Below are positions 21,301 to 31,798 of a stretch of DNA of 64,000 nucleotides, in pieces. The notes under the pieces are model-generated. The model worked only from the letters and a program-made list of their open reading frames with translations, was not told the origin of the DNA and made no database searches. Position 1 is the stretch's first letter. The number at the start of each line of letters is the position of its first letter. The position numbers and the translations under genes are program-made. This stretch comes from Tricharina praecox (lineage: Eukaryota): positions 434,001-498,000 of the forward strand of contig NW_026250410.1 in NCBI RefSeq assembly GCF_024521635.1. The letters are read 5' to 3'.

Positions 21301-23062
21301 GCAAGTCGGTGATAGTAAAATCCTCAGTGACACTGGGCAAATCCACAATCGGCGTCAACGAGTCCACGATGGAGTCCACAATACCAGTCTCAACAGGCAA
21401 GTCGGTAAGAGTAAGATCCTCAGTGACTGACGGCAAATCCACAATTGGCGTCAACGAATCAACAATGGAGTCCAGAAGACCGGAGTCGGTCTCAACAGGC
21501 AAGTCGGTAATAGTAAGATCCTCAGTGACACTGGGCAAATCCACAATCGGCGTCAACGAGTCAACAACGGAGTCCAGGAGACCGGAGCCGGTCTCGACAG
21601 GCAAGTCGGTGATAGTAAGATCCTCAGTGACACTGGGCAAATCCACAATCGGCGTCAACGAGTCAACAACGGAGTCCAGGAGACCGGAGCCGGTCTCGAC
21701 AGGCAAGTCGGTGATAGTAAGATCCTCAGTGACACTGGGCAAATCCACAATCGGCGTCAACGAGTCCACGACGGAGTCCACGATGGGGAGAAGATCGGCG
21801 TCGGTCTCAACCGGCATATCGGTAGCAGTGGTATCCGTAATAGTAGGATCATCGGTGACCGTCGGCAAATCCACAATCGGCGTCAACGAGTCCACGACAG
21901 AGTCCACGATCGGGAGAAGACCGGAGTCAGTCTCAGTAGCCTTATCGGTAGTGGTGGTATCCGTGATAGTAGAATCATCAGTTCCGGTGGGGTCTTCGAT
22001 AAGAGTAGGCTTGTCGGTGGCAGTGACATCGTCGACAACCGTAGAATCCCCAGTCTCTGTTGGCACATCCACGACGTCGTCTACAACCTTCGTCACGTCG
22101 ACGATTGAATCGACGAGGCCACTGCCACTGCCAGACTCGCCAGACGTGTCCGTAGCTGTTGGCTCATCACTGGCAACCGCTTCCTCCGTTGTAGTTGGCG
22201 TGGTGTCAAGTACTTCACCCACGAGTGATGTAATCGGACTCACGATTGGGGCTAGAAGACCGGGTTTGGTGGTTTCGACGTTAACGTCGGTGTCGTCGGG
22301 CTGATCGGTTTCGACGGTGTCGGCGACCGTCTCTATTCGGTCAGTTAGCAATGAAATCGGTAGGGGCGATAATTGAGGGTGACGAGGGATTAATCGGCGC
22401 GCCCCGAGCGGTCGAGGCAGAAGTTGCGATCGCTGAACCGCGTCCTCGGGAGGAAAAAAAAGAGGGAGATAGGGATAGGGATGGAACCGCCCGCTAAGGA
22501 ACTCGGTCCCGTCGCGATGACTTCGCTTCTCGTACCTGTGGGTTCGACTACTGTTGACGTCTCGTCGGTGATCACAGAAGGCTCGGATCCGACGACGGTG
22601 GGTGCTGTAGCTGTTAGCGACCCTCCAGCGACATTCAATGCGAGGATTCGAGCGCTCACCTTCCACCACTTCCTCATCAACCACCACTGTGACAGGACTA
22701 GTTGTTGTCGATTCGGGGACCGTTTCCGTTGGCACGACCGTCTCGATAACATCATCCTCCACGTCCTTCTCCGTATCCTTCTCCTCCTCATTATCATCCG
22801 AGATAAGAACTGTGTCGAACAAATCCTTCAACGATCCTCTGTCGGTCGGCCTCGCTCCGGTCTCGTGAGTAACGCTGCTATCGTCGGTGACGTTGACGAT
22901 AAACTGGCGCCTCCGAAGCATGTTCCGTGGGAAGTAGAACTTTGGCGAGTCGCCGTCATCCTGCCGAACGGGGATCGCGGCCGCATTCCCAACTCCTTGC
23001 ACGGGCGCAAAGGAGGAGAGAAGCGGGAACGCGATCGCGAAGGCGAGGCTTGTTCCCCTCAT
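18395..23062 (-). CDS. MSB2: Signalling mucin of the Msb2/Hkr1 family; predicted spliced length ~1469 aa
   Basis: Signal peptide MRGTSLAFAIAFPLLSSFAPVQG; long S/T/V/D-rich repeats; HMH-like domain (LPKVITP..LVRLGFKHELNYVFVVENPVSVAQIFEYVPKGL..VTMHSLQPYDT..GYVTTLVLAYIP); one TM (VGIGAGVCFGALAYGGAMFFVARRY); conserved tail ISAPLMAANSLGWN. Likely introns 22659-22605 and 22535-22333. Confidence 0.92.
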   Translation of the reverse strand: MRGTSLAFAIAFPLLSSFAPVQGVGNAAAIPVRQDDGDSPKFYFPRNMLRRRQFIVNVTDDSSVTHETGARPTDRGSLKDLFDTVLISDDNEEEKDTEKDVEDDVIETVVPTETVPESTTTSPVTVVVDEEVVEGERSNPRIECRWRVANSYSTHRRRIRAFCDHRRDVNSSRTHRYEKRSHRDGTEFLSGRFHPYPYLPLFFPPEDAVQRSQLLPRPLGARRLIPRHPQLSPLPISLLTDRIETVADTVETDQPDDTDVNVETTKPGLLAPIVSPITSLVGEVLDTTPTTTEEAVASDEPTATDTSGESGSGSGLVDSIVDVTKVVDDVVDVPTETGDSTVVDDVTATDKPTLIEDPTGTDDSTITDTTTTDKATETDSGLLPIVDSVVDSLTPIVDLPTVTDDPTITDTTATDMPVETDADLLPIVDSVVDSLTPIVDLPSVTEDLTITDLPVETGSGLLDSVVDSLTPIVDLPSVTEDLTITDLPVETGSGLLDSVVDSLTPIVDLPSVTEDLTITDLPVETDSGLLDSIVDSLTPIVDLPSVTEDLTLTDLPVETGIVDSIVDSLTPIVDLPSVTEDFTITDLPVETDSGLLDSIVDSLTPIVDLPSVTEDLTLTDLPVETGIVDSIVDSLTPIVDLPSVTEDLTITDLPVETGSGLLDSVVDSLTPIVDLPSVTEDLTITDLPVETGMPSKTGILGPILDPVTSVVDSVLEPITTAVDSLLGPITTVVDSVLDPVKTVVDSVLEPVKTVVDSVVDHVTTAVDSVLEPVKTVVDSVGAPITTAVGSVIDPITSVVDSVVDPITSVVDSVVAPITSVVDSVVAPITSVVDSVVAPITSVVDSVVDPITSVVDSVVDPITSVVDSVVDPITSVVDSVVDPITTAVDSFVDHVTTAVDSVVDSITTAVDSAVGRPITSAIGSVVVDPITSVLDPVSSVVDSWVDPVVSSVWSEATRIPTAVVSLPTEVSDLPLITSMPSAAPGLSSLIPDLSTVIPSAAPGLSSIISDFPDSIIPDFSTVYPGSSVVVPSGVPTSGLPNLSGIIPTSLPSGPSAIISSGIPTSVIPDLSAVIPTSLPSNLPSGINSLPSNLPSGINSFVSTDPLSQTPDLTSVLPSITGLPSFTGVPSSGVTDPSTTVDESGSVSDKPLAPSGTESDRPTTVASSGPVSNAPTTAAQSYTESETPTTVAIAPITTVVPATTLSTTKLAVIPPSSGINPTSIWFQTSTLVVAPSVTTTKTTADAGQPATSTGTAVEPTGTTLDPRLPKVITPYGGMPDAPQDMILVRLGFKHELNYVFVVENPVSVAQIFEYVPKGLNFGLNTASVTMHSLQPYDTRKSKGYVTTLVLAYIPKDLFDELDLQRRTPGSRMMNNPTTPIEQIMALLDSTIPLRASASEQDGNGNGQLTDDKSWTDDDSTTTTTGGGGSPIENKTGPISTKTVGIGAGVCFGALAYGGAMFFVARRYRQKRKGHSRSSSVQGAMVIGGPTGVVHSSGIGAMMHGARDTYGTQGSTPGGLGAAGAAGAPERNSHGSGPGGRGPQISAPLMAANSLGWN
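20300..20950 (-). repeat. 33-bp (11-aa) coding tandem array, consensus VVDSVVDPITS
   Basis: Repeated GAGTCCACRACAGACGTGATGGGGTCCACRACY-type units on the plus strand; roughly 19-20 units. Confidence 0.9.
20985..21960 (-). repeat. 102/96-bp (34/32-aa) coding tandem array, SGLLDSVVDSLTPIVDLPSVTEDLTITDLPVETG
   Basis: GCAAGTCGGT anchors at 21001, 21103, 21199, 21301, 21397, 21499, 21601 and 21703 (spacing 102, 96, 102, 96, 102, 102, 102), plus two diverged longer units. Confidence 0.95.
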
Positions 23063-26000
23063 CCTGAAGCGAGCGAGGCCGTCGTCTGGGAGCGACTTGT
23101 TTGTCGGTGTTTCGCCCTGGCGATGTCTTTTTTTGGGTTTTGTTTATCTAGGGACTGGCTGCAGATTGGGCCAGTATTCGTGATGTTATGGCGGTTTCTA
23201 AATGAGTGGACTTGACGATGCAAGAAAAAAACAAGCGGATTTTCAAAAAGAGTGTAGGTCTGTCAAAGATTCAGAGCATCAGCAGCGATCAAAAGTCATT
23301 CATGGCCGTGGTTGGCGAGAAGGAGAAAGAATGAGGGTGTGGTGCTGTGTGTCAGGGGCTGTTGGAAGTGCCAGGCACAACCACCACCACCCCGACGACG
23401 ACGACCACCACCACCTCCTCCACGCAGCCCACAGGCGCCATGGGCGTGCCATGCCATCAGCGACGCTACGTGGGGAAGCTGGGGCGTGGGCCAGCCGGGC
23501 CAGGTACGAAAGGGGCCTAAGTGGGTATGGGTAGTGGATCGAGCGAAATGAAACTCACGGAGCAAAACTCCAGGGCAACAACCAACCAAGCTCAACAACC
23601 CAATCCGTTCCAGCCGTTGCGATGAGCCAAGAGATCGCAGGTAGGCGCAGTATGGAGCCGTCGAGTTGCTTCAATTCCTTCCTCTTCAGCACCGTTGTTG
23701 GCGGTGGAGGACGGTGGTTTCTTCGTCTGGATGCGCCTTGAGGTCGAACGAAGGTGCGCTCGTCAAAGTCAGAAGTGCGTAGCTTCGTAGATATGCGAGC
23801 GAGGACCGAAGATTTGCCGTCGTCGTAGGGGAAATATGCGAGAAATGGGCGAAGATAAGTATCTTTTCGGTTAACCACGAGCATTAGTGGAGGTCCCTTT
23901 TTCCCTTCCTTCTCGTATAACTAAGATGTGTCTACTGCTTTCCCAGCAGGGCGACCGCAAATGGTCTTTATTTTACGCGCCGGACGAGGCTGTCTGTCCG
24001 TCTGTCCCGTCTGTCCGTCCATCGCTGGCTCAGTTGACCGCGACTCTCGGTTCTGCCAGAGACAAAGACATCGCGCACCAGGTTGGGGTGGGGATGGGGG
24101 GAGGTGGGGGGGCAGAAGCGATGGATAGAAGGGCAGCCCAAAGCGCGCGAGACAAAACAAAAGGGATCGCCACGATCACGACTGCGCCTGGCCAGCGGCG
24201 GCGACGCGCAATCACAGCTCATCGCTCACTTCCGGCCATCCCGCTCTGAGCGCTCCACTCACCGGAAAACTCCCTAGATACACCAACACCAGCCGCACCA
24301 AAAACTATCTCGAATGCAGTCCGTAACTATCCGTCCCTGCCGGCCGTTCGCTGTCGGGTTTTGGTCGTTGAAATGCTCCGCACCGGTAAACTAGGTGAAA
24401 AAACTCTGGCAGCGACTATGAGCAAGGAGTGGCAAGTATATGGCTGTGTCGAGACTCGACGGACGGAAAGAGAGCCGTACCGGGAGTCGAAGGCAGGGGC
24501 ACGGGCGAGTGGGGTTTGGAGGGTGAGGGAGTGGAGGGGGTTGGTCGCGAGCACTTCCAGCAGAGAGAACGCAGCGCAATGGGGGAGCCAAACGAAGGTA
24601 CGACCGGGGGGGTATTCGAAAGAGCGAGAGGAAGAGGAGGAGGGGTGGTGGGCGAATTGGGAACGGGATTGATGGGAGTGAAGATGCAGGGCAGAGGAAT
24701 TTGGTGGTACGGAGCGTACGACGACTGCGGCGCCAAAGGGGCGTGGATGATTCGACAGGAGGTACCTACTATACTCTGCCCACTGCCCACTGTCCAATGC
24801 CCACTGTCCAGTCAATGAGCCTTGGGAGGGTTGTGATTTGGGATGATTGATCTCGGTACACTCTGCGGATGGTCAGAAGCATCAGTACATAGATACGACG
24901 AGTTTCCTACAGCCATCTTCCCCTCCGATCCCATTCCATGGAGCTATGTACAGTATCATACCTAGGTCGACATCCAGAACAGCGTCCAGTGAGGTCGGAG
25001 AATAGGGAGGAATAAGCGGTGAGGCTGTGTTCTTCATGTCGGTCAGTGATAGGTATCAGACCATGGCCCTGTCCCTCCCCTCCGTTCGTTCCTTCCTTCC
25101 CTCTTCCTCGCACCACAACGCATGGAGGCCAAGCAAGTCATGGGTAAAGTGAGTTGAGCAGGTAGTAGGAATGTATGTAGCAGCTACATACAAGTAACCT
25201 CCTCCTCCATGTGTCCATGTGTTCATGCGTCCAGGGCCCCTTCAATAACTATGCACGCACGTATAGTAGCAGGCTATGTACTTACCCGCAGATTCTTGCC
25301 AGTTGGAGTGATACCGCCGCCCAAGGCGATCGATGGGGCGGAATGGAACCTGTGGGACTCGTCTCCCCTCTGCTTCTTCTTCTTCTGGTACTCGTCTCCT
25401 CTGGCTTCCGGAGCCGGACAGGCTGGGCTGCAAGGCGCAAGCGCGACACAAGATGATTTGGCAGGGGGACTCGGACGGGCAGGGGACGGCGGGGACGGCG
25501 GGGAGACCGATTACAAAAGGAGCGATGTGGAACAGGAACAGCCGCGCAATGGGAGGAGTTGGACGAGATGGACGAGGAGTTCGTGGCCGGCACGAGATAA
25601 TCGACCGAAGAGAGTGAGGAGAGGATGATCAAGTGGAGAAGGAAGGAAGGAAGGGGAGAAGGAAAGACAGACTGAAGAAACCCCAAACAAAAGCCACAAA
25701 GTTCCCCCAGTCGTGGCCGCAAGCCTGCGACGGCCTCCTCGACAGTCGAGTGTCGTATCGTGACGAGTCACGACAGCCAGCCAGCCAGCCAGCCGCAAAG
25801 TAACGTTGCTACCGTACCGGCATACCACAAAAACACACAAAAACACACACGGCGACTCCTCTGACCGTCCGAGGGACCACTTGTGATCCCATCCTGTAGC
25901 ATGGAGTAGTGTCCCTCGCATCGCCGTCCCCACCTTCCCACCTTCCCGCACGCTGGAAGCTCGCGACGCAATTACCCCCTCCCCAAATTAAGGACCCCAC

Positions 26001-27448
26001 CCCTGTGGCGACGGAATCCCAAGCTGCTATTGGCGGAGGTGACAGGGACGTGACAATGTTGATTGGTCGGCGGCGGTGGCATGCGTGACGCTACTCTAGC
26101 CGGCTCTTCCTCCCATGCGAAAGTTGGTTTCGGATGCTCAGTGCCCACCCTGCGAGACTCGATGTTGCACGCCAGAATCCTCCCCTCACGTAGCTAGAGT
26201 ACCGTACACTACAGGTCACTCTATCCAATACATCTCCATTTTTCAGAGTCCTTGCGGCGGGCTCATCGCCGGTCTGTGTAGGCACTGCACTGGAGCTTGT
26301 TCCCGAGAAAGTGTGTACGGACTCTGGATGCCAGCGCTGATTGCGAACCACCGATACTCTGGGTACTCTATCGAAACGTTCCGTGGTCTGGTCGTCCAAC
26401 CGACTGACTGACAGATCCCCACCAGAAAGCATAGCTATATACTTTCCTAGTACTTGGGTACTAGTACTGATCCCCCGCCAATGGGTTGGGTTGTGTTGGG
26501 CACGTCAAGCGCCACGCCATGATCGTGGGAAATTCCGCCATGCGCGTACATACTTTACTCTGCTCTAGTTACTAGGTAGTGCAACCAACCATAAGCCAAA
26601 AAAGAAACATCTCGAAGCTGTTTCAGCTACGGATGGTGAGACTGGGACCTGCTAGCAAAGCAAGCAAGTAAGCAGGCAAAAAAGTCCCTAAAACTCTGCC
26701 ACTCTTACATATGAACCCTCAGCTCTGGACTCGGGAGTCTGGAGTCTGGAGCACCTGGATCATGGGAAAAGTTGGAGCACCTACGATGGTACATACATAG
26801 ACGGGCCTGTAACTACTATATAGTAGTATGTATGGTAAATATACTCCACGCGCAAACTGAACTGCTGCCAAGTGCCGTGCGGGGAAGAAGAAGCCCCCCC
26901 CCCCCTCCCCCCCCCCCCTTCCCTTCCCCGGGAGAATCTTTCGGAGACATGTAGCGGAGTCGCACATACAAACGAGCCATGGATGTTACCCGAGTCGGGC
27001 CGTTCACCGAGACATAGGAAAGGATTGAAGCTTCTTGACCGGATAGCTAATATTTTTGCATATTTATGTCTGTATGGTACATGATTTCGTTCTCACGTCT
27101 TGTACAAAGGTGCTTGCAGTGTCTCTCCCTCTCAGATCTCCGTTCTCCTTTCAACGGTAGCCTGGAGGCCGAATGATAGGTTCATCTCCGTATACGGTAG
27201 TAACTATGGTACTTGTAGTTACCAGCTTCTGTGCTGCGAGAAGACGTAGAGTACGCCGGTATGTACCGGTAGGTAGTGCTACTACTACTACAACTAGTAG
27301 TAATACCTAGTACTCTACGGCATGTACTCTACCTAGACTCCAAGAGTACACAGGTGTAGTGATGTATGCACCACAGGTCCGCAGCTGCCAGATGGAACAC
27401 TTGCATACACACGCCGACCAGGTACGAGTACAGATGAGACCACCGGCC

Positions 27449-27520
27449 ACCAACCACCAACCACCAACCGCCAACCACCAACCACCAACCACCAACCACC
27501 AACCACAACCACCACCACCA
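27449..27520. repeat. Imperfect (CCACCAA)n simple repeat
   Basis: Seen directly. Confidence 0.8.
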
Positions 27521-30398
27521 CCTCCGACGGCGGCGGCGCTGCAGCAACCAGATGCTTCTGCTAGGCAGACGCACAGTGATTGCATCCGTACTCTACATAC
27601 CGTTACTATACCGTAGTATGTATACCCACGAGCTCGTTAAACGATGAGAGGTAGGTACTGGGTAGGTACTGAATAATTATTATTTATGTGTGTTGCTGTC
27701 ACACTGCTCGCAATGCCGATTTCCCATTGCTCATTGCTCATTGCCCAGAAGTCGACACCTACCACCTACATACATACCCAGACCCCATTTCTGGCAGCAG
27801 CGGTCAAGGGTTGACCGCGGTGTATGTACCGTGTTGGCTACCTAGACAGGTAGTATCCATGACCGCCGGAAGCGGATGGGTATCTACTGGGTACTAGTAC
27901 GTAGCGAGCAATAGACAGAAGGATGGGGGGAAGCTATGCATGCGAGTGATATCCAGTGAGGAACATTAGTTACGGCCGAGTCATTCGGAGAAATTGAGAT
28001 CTGCTCGGTGCAGCTCAGATTGCACACACGTGGGTGGGCAAGAGTATGGCTTGGAGTCAGATGCCTGAGGTCATCTCTAATTCTACAAACCCATTTTTTC
28101 CTCCTGTCCGCGTCTCCACACCCAGGAAGGTGTGTAATCGCCTGGAGCTCCGATTCGCCGCTGCGGCGGCGGCGGCGGCGTGGTTGAGGAGTTCGAAGTG
28201 CGACGGAAAACCCAAACATTGACGCGAACTCACCGTCAACTTCCGATCGGAGTGAACTTCTGACGGGCACGTCACCCATCAGAACTCATATGTACCTTCC
28301 TACCTACCGTATCTGATCCTCGAACCATCCACCATCCACCATCCTGCACTGCGCAGGGTGAATGGAAGAGAGAGAGAAGAAAAAAACCGAACGGCAAGTT
28401 CCGCTGCTGGATGGCTGGATGGCCGCATTCAATTTCGTATGTATGTGGAGTACATGCGTCTTGACTCTCGGCGATCTGCAGATTCATTCCGCTGCCGCTT
28501 CCGTCTTGAATTGGGACTATTCCCCCGTCGCGGACGCCAGAAGGAAATGTGTGCGCCGTGCGGCTACAGCAACGATGTCGAAATCTACTAGAGTAGTAGA
28601 AGGTATCCGAGAAAATAATCGCCACGGTCGGTCGGTTCGGTCAATACGCCGCTATCTACCGGTATATACCTTTGTACGGACCGCGGGAGGTAAATCTCTT
28701 CGTCTGTCCCCGGCTGCGGAACGAGCTGACTCCCAAAGTTGGAAGGGATGGATACTTTCGCGCACTTCCATACCCCGGCGCTGATGAGTCTGACGTCCCA
28801 ATGGGAATGTTGAGCATGTTCCGGTCTTTCTTTCGCTGCGCACGTTCGACGTCGGTTGCTCGATCCTACATATTTACATACACATGACCCACTATATCGC
28901 AATCCAGAGTTGCTGCAGACTACAGTCGGAGCAATACTCGAAAAGCGGTTGTCGACTTTTAGGCTCAGCTTATGCTTCCCCGCTAACTACTATAACTCCC
29001 GACTCCAATCATTCGGACGAGAGAAGTCCAGATAAATTCCGGAAACACGACTTACGTGCGCACGATAGGTATCAATTACCCAAAGCCGCACTTCTCGTGA
29101 TCTCTACATCTCATGTCATGATGCCTTCCGGCCGCGCTGCGGCGCTGCCATCAGTTCCCAGATTAGATCTCATCTACAGCTAGCGACACCTGTCACCAAC
29201 CCGATGCTATGTACTCCCCAATAGAATCGACTCGTCCGGAAATCCACCTACACATACCTACCTACATACATACTCAGGAGGTGAACGAACGTTACAATTC
29301 TCGCTACATAGGTACATACCTAGATATCCCTTTGCCTTCCCGTTCGGATCAGATTTCCCCGGTACTCTATGTACCGGTTCGTACCGGTACATATGAGATG
29401 GTGCAGTGCTTATATCTGGAATGTCCTCGGCAGACCCGCCCTATAAGTGGGGGTCTTATGGGTACTCTACCGTACTCTATGTACGTGTGGCTCGACGCAT
29501 CCCCCCTAACTAGAATATATCCTACTTTGCTTTGCTTCCTGTTCCGTCCGCCGTCCGTCTTCCGTCGTCGGTCCATGCGATACGATGAAAATTCTTCGCC
29601 CTACATATACAGATACAGATACAGATGTGCCCGTTGCACACCACCATCATAATATCCCGCAGTGTGCTAATCACTCACCTACCCAAAGAGACCATCGAAT
29701 CTCCGGTTGTATGCATACAGCATACAGCATACAAGGAGCAGCGATAGGATACATATCTGTGAGCCTGCGGCTGCGTACGCACGGTAGGGGTGAATGTGGT
29801 GGAGGAATTAGAACTGACGATGCGGATGCGGATGCGGATCCCGCGAGACGGCGTGTGCGTGAGTCAGCAATCGGTGAGTGGCCGGTGGCTGGTGGCTGGT
29901 GCCCGGTGGTAGGTGGTAGGTGGCCCGTGGGTCTGTGGCCGCTGGCCGGCGGGTGGGTAAATACATACATACCGGTAAGTATACCGGTAGGTAGGTAGGT
30001 AGGTAGGTAGGTAGGTGTTCGCGGGATCAACGGTTTCGGATCGAAGTGCTGGATAGATGTATGTACCGTGTCTTGGGGGCTGGGGAGCTTGGGGGCTGGA
30101 GATCTTGCGAGGGGCTGCTCCGTATGCGCTATAGATAGAAGTGGCCCGGTGGGATGGTACCTACGGTACTGTGTTGTGCACAGTGTGGAAAAGTGAGCGG
30201 GTATTTCACAGAATATCGCTCGACTTCCTCGTCAACCAGTACGCGCGTGAGATCGTGTGATACGTTTCGCTTCACTCACTGCTCGCACATCGTCTGGGTT
30301 ACAACTTCTTATGTACAAATATTCGTCGATCATAGCATATATATCCCCCAAGCTTCGCCATCCCACCACTCCCACAATACCAAGGATCTAACTACCAA

Positions 30399-31798
30399 CT
30401 ACACGCCATCGCAAGCGCCCAGCGAATACGCATCATCCGGATTGGTCGGAATAGCGCCGGCGGCCGCGGCAGCCTGGTAGGACCACCTCCACTCGTTCCT
30501 ACCCGCGATCCAGTTCGCCTTCCAGGTCCAGAAGATCCAGCCCGCCTGCTTCTCGTACGCGATCACCTGCGCCGCCCACCACTTCTTGTACCACGCCGCG
30601 GCATCTGACCGAGTCAGCGTGAACTCGTCGGCCCACTCGACGGAATCGGCTACGCTCAAGCTCCACTCCCCTACGATCACGGGGTAGTTGCCACTTCGGT
30701 CGTCAGAGCATGAGGCTTTGAGGTAGTCGGCTCGCGTCGGGTTGACGCCGGACCATTTGATGTAGCTGTGGAATTGTTAGCTACGGGACCTACTTTGCCG
30801 CCAACAAGCCCGAGAAAAGCTGAAAAGAAAAGGAAAGAAAAGAAAGCGCGAGGAGAAGCAGAAGAAAGACGTACCGATGATCATCATAAGCTGCGAACCA
30901 CTCATCGGGCAAATTCTGCTTCGGGTTCCCGCTGCCCCACTTCTCGTTCATCATCTGGACGTGGAGGCGGTCATAGGCGCCGATATTGAGGCGGTTCTCG
31001 ACCGCGCGGATGCGGTTCCACGCCGTCGGGTAGAAGTTAGCGATTAGCGATGCCGCCATAGTCGCCGAGTCCCACGTGTGCACCGGCTCGTTCATCACCT
31101 CCAGCATCCCCACGTTGCGGAAGTTGTTGTCCGTGTGAATCTTCTCGGCCATCCACTCCAGGAACTTGTAGCCTCGCTCGTATTGGTAGTCCACGTAGAA
31201 GCCGGGCGTGTCCGCGTACTATGTACCGGGGTCAGCGCGGTCTCGGCGTGGAGAGGGGGATGGTCCGTACCTGGCCGGTGAACGAATTCTTTGCGACCTG
31301 AGCACCCGGAGCACCATGGAAGTCGATGATGATGTACAGGCCCAGGTCGGCCGCCCAATTACAGACGCGCTGCAGGTAGGTGAGACCGCCCTCGGGGAAC
31401 CACTCGCTGTCCCTGTAGACAATATCCTCGCGCATCCAGTACCCTACGGGGATGCGAATGGTATTGAGGCCCAGCGCCGCGATCTGGCGGATATCGTCCT
31501 GGGTGATCCACGAGTTCCAGTGGCTCTGGAACGCGGCGTTGCCCGCCGTCTGCCCGAGCGCCTTCATACAGTCGAATTCGGACTGCTGCCCGCTGCATCC
31601 CATCGAGGTCCAGGCGTCGTTCGCCATCCAGGGCTCGATGATGAAGAGTGAGCCAAGGTTGACGCCCCGGATCTTGCTGGAGCTGGGCAGCCAGCGCGCA
31701 CTGATGGTTGAGTTCTCCTGCGACATCATTTTGTCGATCGGCATCCACGCGGTGGAAAGGGTGGCCAGCCCGAGGACGAGGAGGTTTTGCAAAAACAT
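30399..31798 (-). CDS. Secreted GH5 glucan endo-1,6-beta-glucosidase (ExgB-like); 3 exons
   Basis: Exons 31798-31271, 31218-30875, 30765-30399. Signal peptide; [46 protein letters not shown], catalytic NEP (LEVMNEP), DDHRY, nucleophile [16 protein letters not shown]. Confidence 0.93.

Noticed and set aside
20019..22304. 761-aa plus-strand ORF rich in STTES repeats
   Set aside because: Antisense shadow of the Msb2 repeat arrays; it has no signal peptide or domain of its own.
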